Source: Lepidodermella squamata
Taxonomy: Eukaryota; Animalia; Gastrotricha
Direction of reading: 5' to 3'
DNA length: 64,000 bases
Assembly: GCA_047495785.1 (NCBI GenBank)
Contig: JBLDXI010000015.1
Span: forward strand, 3,472,001 to 3,536,000
In this document: positions 24,201-35,300 of the stretch, piece by piece
Position numbering within the stretch: the stretch's first letter is position 1
How the letters are laid out: the number at the start of each line of letters is the position of its first letter
The notes under the pieces: model-generated
What the model saw: only the letters and a program-made list of their open reading frames with translations
What the model was told of the DNA's origin: nothing
Database searches by the model: none
Translations under genes and position numbers: made by a program

Positions 24201-27017
24201 GTCACTTCAAATTCCAGTTGTATCTACCTCTCGGTATCGGAATCTCACTGGTTAGTAATACGGAGGAATTGGCGTACGTCACCCTGCGACACGTTGCGGC
24301 TACCTATCGCCGCCAGCCCCCGCTCACTGAGTCGATCCGATTATCGATAAGTGCGATTCAAATCGATAACCAATTGCTGTCAACGCCGTGCCTCGTGCTG
24401 TTGTACTCTGATTCGAGGGCGAAGGTATCGCGAAGACGCCGGAGAACCACGCAATCGTCCACGGAATTGGTGACGCTGAGCCAGGCCCAAGCGCAGGGCA
24501 ACTTGTCGCCGGGGTCAATGGCACCGGCGTTGGTCATCTCAGCCAGTCGACTGCTGAATTCGCCGACCAGTGACGTCATCGTGTTCAAGGTAAAATTTTG
24601 TAATAATTCATCCAAGATATCATTTAGTGGAGAAATTAAGAAACGCGGCGAAAAAATTGAACATTAATGACGTTTTCGGGTCTAGGCCAATTCGGTTCAT
24701 AAAAAACGTAAAATACTACCATTACGCTAATAAATTGTTAAGGAGCGATAAAATTCCTAAAGAAATTTTGGAAATTCGCTCATGCGATGAGCAAAAAACT
24801 GACAACTTAAAAAATTGATAAGTTGATTTCAAATTTATAATTGAAAGGAAAAAAATTGTACCGCAAAATTTATTTGTTCCGAATCTTTAAATTCATCAAA
24901 ATTCGATGCTCTAAATTAGGAAACATATTATAGGAAAATAGTTTTTCAGTGCTCCCTCACTGTTTCTATTTTTGGTCAATTTTTTAGCTTCGGCAAAAAT
25001 ACACTTAGATATATGTGCGATGGTGTGATTTCCTTACCGCCTCAAGGGTATATATTTTGTGAAATATTGATCGCCTCTAGATTTAATGTAATATTTTGGC
25101 GCGAGAAGTGTTAGAAAAAAACACAATTCTTCGAAATTAGGTTAAATCCTTAAGAAATACCATAAAAATCGAATTTGAAAGGGTACTTGAAGTTGGTAGC
25201 AGGTAGTAAAATTGACGATGATAAAATGTGTACCAAGAACTCGGGCAATATTTGTATCAGATTTCTTTACTGATACTGGCGATAGCTGAAGAAAGCAACT
25301 TTATTTATTTACATTTTCTGCATATTTATTTTAAGAACGCGAGATAAGTGTAAGAGTGCATCTCTCGTCCTAATTCCACTATCACATTCAAATCGATGAA
25401 AAATACCGTAATTTTTATCGTAATTTTTAGGGCGTTTCAATATCGGTCGCTCGGCTGTTCATTCGGCTGGAGGAGCGATTTCTATGGAAATTCCTGCAGT
25501 TATTCGGCGTAACTGGTTCGGATTCGAACCAGCCGAACACCGGCCGACCCGCCGATCGCAGCACAGCCTCGCAACAGGCGGCGCAAGACTCGCGCTACGC
25601 ACCGCTCACCCATCGATTTTCAAACACGGTCCTAGGCCGTCGGCTCTACTTCGCCTCGTTACAAGTCCGCCTTAACCGGCTGGACCTAGGCATGGCAACC
25701 GCCTCAGCCCCGCTCCCGTCCGACCTTCGCCGCATCAAACGAGCATTCCGCGTTCCGCTGATTCAATTCACCGGGGCCCAGGTCGAGTTGGAGACATTTT
25801 CGCGGCACCACGTCCTAGTCACGTGGCCGTTGTTGATCGCAGCCGTGAAGCAGCACTACAGCCGTGGGTTTAAAAGCCAGGCCGGTAAAATTTTCGGATC
25901 GGTCGACTTTCTCGGCAGCCCGCTCGGATTATTCACCGATGTAACCGAGGGCCTGTCCGGGCTGATCCGGGACGCGAATGTTTCCGGTCTAGTGCGCCAC
26001 GTCATGCATGGCCTATCGAATTCAACGGCGAGATTTACGAGTGCGATGTCGGAGACGTTAGGGTCAGTCGCGTCGGATGTGCACTACCAGGCTGAGCGCG
26101 ACCTCATCCGGGCGATGGGGCCCTCCGCCCGCGCCTCGGACCACCTGGTCGCCGGGCTTGTCGGCTTCGGTCACGGTGTGATAGGCGGCGTGACCAGTCT
26201 ATTCACCCATACGTACCAGGGCGCGACCCAGGAGGGCCCGATAGGGTTGATAACCGGCCTGGGCCGGGGCGTTGTCGGCACTATCACCCGGCCAACAGCC
26301 GGGTTCCTCGACCTGGCGGGCGGGTTTGCGAAAGCGGTGAGTGAAACAGCTCGATCGTCAACCGCGCCTAGAATAATGGGCCGGATCCGCGAACCCAGGT
26401 GCACGTCCTCCTTAACCGGGGCGCTGGCGGAATTTTCGGCCGAAATGGCTGAGGCTCAGCAGTTTTTGTTCACCCTAAACAGCGGCCGTTTGAGTGAGAA
26501 ATTGCTAGCTATGGAGTGTTTGATCCATTCCGGCTCGGTTAGCGATGAAGACGAGCGAAATTTGCATAGAGTCGCGGTGCTAGTCACCTCAGACCGCGTC
26601 TACGTTGTCCGGCGGTACGCTGACCCGAATTCTGTCCTGCAACTTCGCTACGAAACAATTCGAAGTTGCCGCGTTGTTCACGTTAACGGCGTTCACCACG
26701 TCGAGTTGTTGTTCAGCCGAAATTTGTCGTCCAGCCTGTCGTCATCCGGGTCGTCGGCTGATTTCAGCAGTTTGTTGCCGCCTGAAATGGACGCGATGGC
26801 GTTGAATGTCGAAGCGCAACGCTCCGGCTATTTGATCCGCGGCACGTGCGAAGCGGCGTCGCAGCGCATCGCGACGATGATCAACTGCGCGCGGCAACTT
26901 CACGACCGCTCGCGGCTTTTCCTACCCGCCGCCGTCCTGTTAGCCTCGCCCGACTCAGCCACCCTACTACACGGGTATAGCGGTTGTGACTACAATGAAA
27001 TAGCCGAGTTCGATTGA
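6252..27017 (+). CDS. VPS13D: VPS13D bridge-like lipid transfer protein, about 16 exons: 6252-6348, 6405-6485, 6539-6657, 6715-6873, 6930-7228, 7283-7371, 7426-12544, 12599-12668, 12722-13001, 13064-14165, 14221-14459, 20874-20927, 22189-22272, 22335-23238, 23864-24589, 25431-27017 (about 3,670 aa; exon 2-7 boundaries +/- a few nt)
   Basis: Chorein-like start MLSGFVKWAVKSYFDELLEDVDCNQLSLGLLRG; AKLWWRHA; NWEPLIESW; VAB repeats (IVIRNLLPCDM, PPYRIDNFS); VPS13D-type ricin-B segment (LTLDVAAD...SQLWRMTSSG); ARSVVPLMFSF...CQMRLGKGLH; C-terminal GSVDFLGSPLG, ATG2_C-like glycine-rich helices and PH domain. GT-AG boundaries preserve frame. Confidence 0.92.
14718..17190 (-). CDS. Class A peptide-type GPCR (FMRFamide-receptor/GPR139-like expansion), nested antisense in the VPS13D intron; exons 17190-17139, 16325-16183, 16128-15541, 15485-15177, 15122-14718
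   Basis: N-glycosylation-rich N-terminus (MNTTSNNNTNDTT), TM1 GLTGNILSLIVL, TM2 IAFFD, CK at TM3, SSVWNLAALNVGRLIAVINP, ECL2 NECGY, TM6 FLLLTTP, TM7 LNHSLSFYTYLLSGTRFRQE. All joins are in frame. Confidence 0.88.
18680..20785 (-). CDS. Atypical GPCR-like 7TM protein, paralog of the neighbouring GPCR, nested antisense in the VPS13D intron; exons 20785-20747, 20693-20345, 20228-19986, 19922-19797, 19743-18680
   Basis: In-frame GT-AG model. Shares SP..GxxxN (TM1), IAxxD (TM2), CK...SALDxSVW (TM3), LNx4TRG and NECGYxxPxA..W..GP with the adjacent receptor. Long Lys/His/Gln-rich C-tail ending RKIYV*. Confidence 0.78.
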
Positions 27018-27595
27018 ATGTGATAATATGGGTAGATAGAGAGAGAAATATTAAAAAAAATTCGGTATTTTTTGACGCTATTTTTAACATGATGGGTTGA
27101 ATAATAATTTGTTGCGCGACTTTTTCTATACTAAAAAAATCGAACAATCAAATGCGTGTATGATATGCGTCGAAAAATTAAAAAATAAATAAAATTTATT
27201 ATAGCTCAATGACGAACAGACTACACAGCCTTGCTTTGCAAACAACTGCGGTGTTATGTACATAGCAAAAATCTTCGTCTTCTCTCTTTATAATTTCTTT
27301 CTTTTAATGACGTGTCGATAACTGCTGCTGCTGAGATGTCGCTGCTTCTGCGTCGGCGAGTACAGACTTCTTTTAGTTTTTAGTTTTTGCTGCTTTTTTC
27401 GGGGCACTTTTCGCTTGTGCTACTCACACTTTGAACACCGTGCGTTTTTGAACTTGAATATAACAACGAAAATATCATGTAACACGTTTGTTCGGCCTCG
27501 TTCTAGAATGATAAAAATAACCCAGTTGGTGTCCTACTATGCAAAAATGATGATGATGAGTCAATAAAAACAAATTTTTTTGAAAAATGTTGTTT

Positions 27596-30500
27596 TTAAT
27601 GAAAATCCACCTTGAAATTTAGCATTCTCAATGAAAACACTGTAACAGAGATGGAGGCAAATAAAAGTCGGAGGTCTATTTGAGATTGCCTTGGAGCGCC
27701 TAGCCAGATCAGGTACGGATTGTTGCAGAGATGGTTGTTGGAGCAACAGTAGACCGAGTAATGTCGTTTGTTGATGATGATTTCGTTGTTTGGGGTGGCT
27801 CCAAAATTGGTCGGGTGACACATTGACGTGTTCGTACAGCCAGCCCATACTTCTCCAGCGCCATAAGTGTCCTCCACAACCTGAAATCACATGAAAGCAA
27901 AATGAAACACCGATCAGCTGCCGAAAGTGACAGTCATTTCAAAAAATCCTTCTTTCCAGGAAACTGAAGCGATATGAAACTGCTGGACCCTTAAACCCGG
28001 TCTCGGTTACCGTAATTTTGGGTGACTTTGACATGTGAAAAAGGGGTGACTTTGGCCACTCAAATATCAAATCCCATGAGTGGGATACCGCTGGATAGCC
28101 CAAGCAAAACCAAGCCTAAGTGTATACAATTTACACCAATCCGCCTTATTATCCATTTATTACCGAGTAAAAAATGACAGGTAAAGTTAGGGGGAATTAA
28201 AAAAAGTTTGATTTCCGGTAGAATTTGGGTGACTAGCCAAGGGAGTCCATGCGATCAAAATCAAAATCGAATGCCATTTTTGAACCACTCTGTTGACAGG
28301 CTATCCAAAGGTACCCCACTCATGGGGTCATGGGATGTTATCGGCTTCGATATTTGAGTGGTACTAAGTCACCCCATCAGTATCTAACATGCGTTTCGGG
28401 TGACTTTGACCACCGTTAACTGTCCACTACAATTCATGCTTGTACCTGATAGATGCCTTGACTGCACCATCTGTTTCTACTCGTTATTGGCTTTCCGGCG
28501 ACATCCATATTGAGGGGGTTAGCTTGTCAATTGGCGAAGATTTTATTGATTGAATGTCGATCGCTAAAACCTATTCCAATGTCACCCCATTATTCAAAGT
28601 CACCACAAATTACTGTATTTCAAGACAGGGAAACTTGAATGTATTTCCCACTGGACAGTGAAAAGTGGGATTTGTCGAAACTTTTGACATCATGGAAAGA
28701 TGTTGATCCCGCTTTCAAGGAGTCAAGTGATTATCACAACGAGGCTGATAGCCATAGGGTTGCTGAGAAAATGGACTTCAAATGGCTAATGTACGCTGAA
28801 AATCTTTTTACATTTTCGTTGTGATTCTCAGTCGATATTGATTGCGGTTGATTCTCAAGCGAGAAATCCAGCTGGTATTCAGAAGTTCTTTAAGAATTAG
28901 GTTCAAATACCTTCAAATATGACTTAGGTTGACGAAAAATCGAAGGTGGTAGGGTAAAGACCCCATGAGTGTAGTACCGTTAGGTAGCCGGGAGGAAGGG
29001 CAATCTGAAGATTGCATACCTATGATCTTCATTTCAATCAGTCGGCTTTTGTCGAACAGTGGCCAAAGTTCTACCGAAACTAGCCATTTTCCCATGCAAC
29101 TTGACCTGTTATTTCATATCCCGACATGTGTTTTATTGATGTGCATTGTACACATCCAGGCAAGCCTTTTTAGGACTCTCCAACGGTACCCCATTCATGG
29201 GGTCTTTACCTTATCGCCTTCGATTTTTTGAATGCCAATTTCACCCCATTTGAGCCAATTTCACCTTTTCCACAAATACTTGGAACGATGAGGTATTTTG
29301 GCGCCAGTGCGAAATTTCCCGTCTTTTAAGGAGGATGCCTATATAATCTCGTTATTTTCCAACACTTTTCGAAATGACCTGGGCACCCCAATTTTAATTT
29401 GTTAAGGGTCATTTTTCGAATCGCAAAATCACTCAACAAAACGTTTCTAATCGAAATTCTCTAAAAACCTTTTGGCGAATATCGGGTGAATTTGAAGCTG
29501 ACGCCCATATCGGAAGTTCAAGTCGCATTTCGATTGCCTGTTGGGAAAAGACTTTGGCTTTCGTTCAAGTCATTGCTCATATGAAAGCTCTTGATTCGAA
29601 ACCCACGATTCAATCCATGCGGATACCACGCGCGTGGAATGTGCCGCTACTTGCTGCCCTCGTGGTTGATAGACCGAAGTTCTTGGGACTAATATTAGTC
29701 CTACTAGTCCCAAGCCGAAGTTGTCCCAAATTGGGATGTAAGTTCCCCAACTATGTCTTACGGTGGTATTACTTGGACTTGGCTTTAGACAAAGCGAATA
29801 ATATGCTTATAGTTGAATCCCAAATACCGTTCGCGAGCACACTTGGAATTTTTTTTTTTTTTTTTTTTTTATTTACCGCGGGGCCGTGGCCCCGGTTTTC
29901 GGAGGCGCTTCTGATGGTGGGGCACTTCCTCCTAGACAGTTGCCAGCTGTCCCCCCATTGCTCGCCGCTGGTTTTTCACCGCAGCTCTCCCGTGTGCTAC
30001 ATTTGAGGCGGGGGGAGTGATGATGGGTCACTGCACACGTGTAACCTACGCCCGCCCCATCGCGAGCCTCAAGCAAGTGTTTCAACTTGTACTCGAGTAC
30101 CGGAATTTTATTTTATCCAGCGACTTCGGTCGGCCGCTGTCGTGAGCACAAATTCTTGTGCAGACGCGGGCGTTGAACCCGTGCCTCACTAGAACCACAC
30201 TAGCATACCCTATGCTAGTTGCCTAACCACTAGGCCACTGTGTCACCTCTCAAATTTTATCTCAAATTTTGAAACATTTCATTGTTTGATGGTGAGTCAG
30301 TGGTAGAATTTCGACGGGATTGCAAGTTTCAGGTCAGGGATTCTCAACTCCGACGACTCCCAGCATTTTCGTGGTACTGACTCACGATCCCAGAGCGTTT
30401 TTAAATGTTACCAAATTTTAGCATGAAAATTACTGAAAATGCCGAATCTCGAAGCGTATCGAGGACATTTACGCACGATTTCGTCTCAATATTTCACACT

Positions 30501-31058
30501 ATTTTTTTCTGACCAAGTATTTTTGAGATAAAAAGTGGTATGGTGAGTGAATTTAGCTATTTTAGCAATTTTTCTAAAAATGCTTCAAATCCAATTTCGA
30601 GACATATTCCAGTTGAGAATGCTTGCTGCCTGCAAGAGTCGTTTTTTTTCTGGTTGAATCAAAATTGCGAGGCGTACCCCGCTTAAATGGTCCGTCCATT
30701 GTACCCCGTTTGATAAGCGTTAAGCGAAATTTAACCGGCTTCTCTTCGGGACAACTAGCAACGCCCAGTTTGGGCGTGCCCAAGTCATCCATCATCCAAC
30801 TGCAATTGGTTTCATTTCTTGGACTTACCACCAAACGAAAGCCGCTTTGATTTTAGGTTACCCACGAAAAATTTCCCTAGTTCAACTTACGTAGCACTTG
30901 CTCAGCTCAACAGGATCACACTTGACGTACTGCTTAGCAGCTATGACGGTATCTCGAGTGCATCCCTCGCAGTAGTAGCAAATGATAGGATCGGCGTCGC
31001 AAAACTCCGCAATAAAGCCGGTAGTAATAAAGACAGTAACAAAATAAAGCCATGCCAT
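27596..31058 (-). CDS. Ly6/uPAR (three-finger, quiver/sleepless-like) probable GPI-anchored protein; exons 31058-30891 and 27880-27596
   Basis: Signal peptide MAWLYFVTVFITTGFIAEFCDA, then ICYYCEGC...C...KCY|VVED...AGC...C...YCCSNNHLCN (LU-domain cysteine pattern ending CC-x-LCN) and a hydrophobic C-terminus. Phase-0 intron GTAAGT...TTTCAG. Confidence 0.82.
27991..28635. mobile_element. Degenerate non-autonomous DNA element (MITE-like) with terminal and internal inverted repeats
   Basis: Left TTAAACCCGGTCTC...CGTAATTTTGGGTGACTTTGA...GGGGTGAC is mirrored by GTCACCCC...TCAAAGTCACCACAAATTACTG...AGACAGGG at about 28581-28630. Inner inverted pair about 28043-28110 versus 28299-28376. Confidence 0.6.
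28935..29228. mobile_element. Second palindromic MITE-like copy of a related repeat family
   Basis: AAAAATCGAAGG...GGTAAAGACCCCATGAGTGTAGTACCGTT is mirrored by AACGGTACCCCATTCATGGGGTCTTTACC...CCTTCGATTTTT. Shares the CCCATGAGTGGG.TACC..TGGATAGCC core with the element at 28075-28110. Confidence 0.6.
29849..30244 (-). mobile_element. tRNA-derived SINE with poly(A) tail (about 396 bp)
   Basis: Minus strand starts GACACAG-TGGCCTAGTGG (Pol III A box), has GGGTTCAACGCCC (B box), a GC-rich body and ends GGTAAAT-(A)22. No clean target-site duplication seen. Confidence 0.8.
30288..30389. repeat. Short (102 bp) element bounded by 14-bp inverted repeats
   Basis: GATGGTGAGTCAGT ... ACTGACTCACGATC (13/14 match as reverse complement). 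Confidence 0.45.
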
Positions 31059-32342
31059 AATAGTCAAATAAATAAACCAAAACACCAAGTCGAGTGCGTA
31101 AAAACGTTTTAGTTTTATTCATTATGATTTATCCTTTCATCATCATTTCCGTACAGCAGGAGGACAGCAAGACACAGTCGCGTTTCAAAATCATTCTAAT
31201 TATTATCATTTTGTCGTTGTTGTTATTTCGCAGCGGCATGCAGATATAGCACTGTAATTTTTCTATTTAGTCATTATTACTATCATCATCATTATATCAG
31301 GCAATCGTTCACTTTGTTTCGCAGCAGACTGCTAAATAGAGTTGCTGGCCGGCGGCGGCGCTGGTGGTATCCGTTGAAAAATTCACATAGAGAGAAGACA
31401 GAGACGACAGAGACTGAAGCGGAATGAAGACAAAGCGTGTTTATTTTTCGCTGCTGCCTGCCGTCTGGCCGCGGTTTCGAGCCGGCGCCAACAAGAGGCG
31501 TCGCGCGCAAATACAACACACAGCCGCCAAACGACAACAGGTAATTGAACAATAATACACTCGCTCAAACGCAATTTGCATATTTACACGGTAAATACGA
31601 GTAGCAATATATAGGTAGAGAATGATAATAATATAGATATATACGTATGGTGGTACGAATAATTCGACAACGACTAGCAGCAAATTTTACATCATCATCA
31701 TCCAGCGCAACAATTTAACCTTATATATATCGCAATCAATCAAAGCAAGCATGCAAATGAGAGCAATTTCGAATTCTGCAAAAAAAACAGTGCGGTAGAA
31801 AATTGATATTGAATTTTTTTTATCAAGAAAATAAGTCATCCTGGTCCTTTTCTGGAAGCAGTAAAAGAAGACGAGATGTGTGAATAATGCGAAGAAATTA
31901 ATTCGTCGTATTTTTTTACCACAATAATAATAATAATAACAACCGAAAAAATGCGCTTCATTTGCATGCACAAGTTGAACTTTTGATAGCAATTGATTAT
32001 TATAATAATTATGTGATAATAAATTTGTATATCAGCAGCACCTTGATTACTTTCGTTTTTTTTATACAGGGAATGTGCGAATTGAGCGCGATCGCTTTTT
32101 TCTGTTAAGAGGGAGTGGTCCTTAATCATCACATCAATATTGGAATAATATACGCGCGACTTGCCTTGCGAAGAAGAAAACAAGGGGCTTGTTAAATTTC
32201 GCAAATTTCAAATATATAAAGCAGGTGTTATTTCAATGTTTTTGTTAGTTAATTTATAGGAGTAATAATAATAGTAATAATAGCGATAATAATAATAATA
32301 GAAGAAAGGACTGTATTTTTTTGTTAGTTTATAAGAATCTGA

Positions 32343-35300
32343 TCACATAGCTTCGTAATAATCGATGCGGCGCTTCGTGTTGCCCTGACGGATCTGCTTC
32401 AGCGTTTTGAACTTGTCGCGGCCCTCGCGCACGTTCTTCTCGTGGATCTTGTCCGCCTCCGTCATTTTTGTCACATCAAACACCAGGCCGAACTCGGCGT
32501 TGATCGCCGACAAACGGTTCTGCACCGCCGCGTCCGAGCCCGCGCGCGGCCCGTCCAAGATCAGCTCGTCGACGTTGCGGCTCTCGCCGTTGCCGTTCGA
32601 CGTCAACTCGTGGCCGTTCGTCGCCGGGTGGCCGCCGGTCGAGTCCGAACCAGACTCCGAACCCGCGTCGTTGATGTGCGCCATGTGACTGCCGTTGTTG
32701 TTATTCACGCTGTGTTGCGGCTCTGGTTGCACCTGTTGTTGCGCCTTAAAAAATCAGAAAAATACCAAATTAATCATACATAAAATTCGAAATAAAAAGC
32801 AAAAAAAATAAAGCAAAATTCCCAGCATAAAAAAGCAAATTGGAAAAGTCCTCCTTAAATTTTTCGTGCAGGTTAAAATTGTCAGATTCCTATTAAACAC
32901 CTGTTCGGAGCTCGCAATTGCAGCTCTATAAGACGCTTCCATGTTATCCTATCAACAATATTTATCGAATTATTTCGCTAATCATACTATTGAGCGCAAG
33001 CAATTTCGCTAGGTAAAGTTTTATAATTTACCAAATAAGATTGGCTTGGACGAACAGATGTTCGTGAAGGCTAGAGAAAACACCAAGCAAACCGTTACCA
33101 AAGCAACCAAGGCAAATTATTTGAAATATTTTACGTACAATAGATTCATCGAGACGATCTCCGTCCACAGCATCGCCCTAATTTAATTGATACAAATTCG
33201 AGGGTACAAATATCCGTAAAATATTGAACGATAATTTAAAAAAAAATGAAGAAATATCGCAAGCGGTTTGTTTGAATAATTTTCGCGCAAGCATTCCTAA
33301 ATACATACAGAGCGAGAGGATGCAGTCGAATAACGACCAGTAGGCTCAGCATTGACCTGTCGAGCCACAGATGGCCTAATCTCATCGTTCTAAATAGATT
33401 TTTTAAGATGGGCTGTTAAATCGGAAATTTTCCGATCAACATACGTGAACTTCAGTTTTGTTGAAAATCGACTGCCGAACCGGCTCGTCAACCGCCCGCG
33501 AAGGCCGGGGAGTGGCCGGCAGGGCTACCTCGTTGCGGATCTGCTCTTTCTCTTTCGGCGCCAAACTACGCCCGGTTTCATTCAACGGCGCAGCGCCGCT
33601 CTGCATTTAAAACGCAGCAGATTAAAAAATAATGAATTATAAAACGCAAGCTATCCGCCTTAAAATACTCGCAAGCCGAAAACTTGCCATGGAAGACCTA
33701 GTAGATAAGCTGCTGCGAGTGCTAACAGAGCTACTGCTCGGCGAAATGTCCTAACGACAGCAATGTTAGATTCATGTTAATGCATGAAATAGGCCTCGGC
33801 TAAAAATGGAGAGAAAATAAACCGAGTGGACAAAAATTTGAAAAAATCCCCCTTAAAACTAGATTGTCCACTCGGTTATTTCCCCTTCAATAAGCCTGGT
33901 TTAAGATTAAATTACTCGTGGTATGGAAGATGTGGTCAAGCGTGGCTGCGATTCCTGATAGTGCAATTATTATTAGTGATCACGCCAATTGTTACGAATA
34001 TGAATATTTACTCTACGGCTGCTCGCTCGGCTACTAACACTTGTACGTCTCGAGTCAACCTGTTTGTTTTCAACAACATGTTTAGAAATTCTAGCCGCAA
34101 GCTTATATTTTCTTCAACAAACTGGTTCTGCGACGACGCGTGGGAAAATTTGCGTCTGATTGGTGTAAACCGTAGACACCCGAGTGGTCTGTCAAAATTG
34201 AGTTAAAATTAGTTGAAAAAATCGATCTGAGTCGAGACGCAAGCAAACGCAAGCATGAGGCCTGTCTCAAACTTGTTCATCCGGAACCGGGGTGACAGTA
34301 GACGCAGAGGACGAGGACGACTTTTTAATAGTAATAATAAATTTCTAAAATAATCCTGAAAAATCGGCCGAAATTTGCCATACCTCTCTTCGCTGCAATT
34401 CGTCGTGCACAACCGAGGCTTTTGGCTTGGGCGCAGTGGGCGGGCCGTTGGAAGACTGCGATCGCTGCGAGCTGGACGAGTGGCGAGGTTCGGGCGCGGT
34501 CGTCACGTGCCGCACGTCTTCGACGGTCGACGTCCGGTTGACGACATTCGACAACTGCTGTTCCTTTTCGCGCTCGCGTTGACGCGCCGCTTCGAGCTCT
34601 TCGTGCAGCCGCTGCACTTCCTCGGCTCGCTGATGCGCGACGAGTTCGCGCTCTTCGGCCTGGCGACGCGCTTCCGCCGCTTCTTCGGCGAGGCGCTGCT
34701 TCTCCTCGACGCTCGACTCGGCCTCGAGGCGAAGCTGCTCGGCGCGCTCACGCAACGCTTCGATTTCTTGCCGCTCCTGGTCGGCCGCTTGCTTTTCTCG
34801 CTCGATAGCCGCCATTCGATGCTCAAGGTCTTGAGTGGCACGCTTGCTCTGTTCGAGTTCTGAAAAATTTAATAAAAATAAATTAAAATAAAATCCTCCT
34901 TAAAAATTATGTAAAAACCCTAAAATTTGAACCTTCTCTAAGCCGTTGTTCTTCAAGAAAAACTTCGCCATCAGGGGAGTGGAAATCCTCCCCGTCAGGC
35001 TTGAGGGTGGATTCACTCGCCGCGTCGTAATTGGCGTTAGCCAGCGTTATCTCCCGGCTTTCAGTCTCGGAACTATCCATAGTGATAATAACAACTACTG
35101 TACTACAATATAGCGCGAGTCTCTATAATATTGATTTGTGCACTCGGAAAAGTTGCATACACGTAGCTGCAAAATGAAAATGACGCTGGTTATTACCTCT
35201 GCGGCGCCGACGCTTCGGAAAGCAGCATGCCATTATTATTCCGGTATTTAAATTGCGAATAAAAAATGATTAGCTACGACCCTAAACCGGATAACTACTA

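Noticed and set aside
30166-30244. tRNA gene
   Set aside because: A and B boxes are present but there is no acceptor stem or normal anticodon arm, and it runs into a long body with a poly(A) tail, so it is a SINE head.
34375-34863. Long antisense and alternate-frame ORFs over ERM, VPS13D, ITFG1 and OPLAH exons
   Set aside because: Shadow ORFs expected from GC-rich codon usage; no recognisable motifs.
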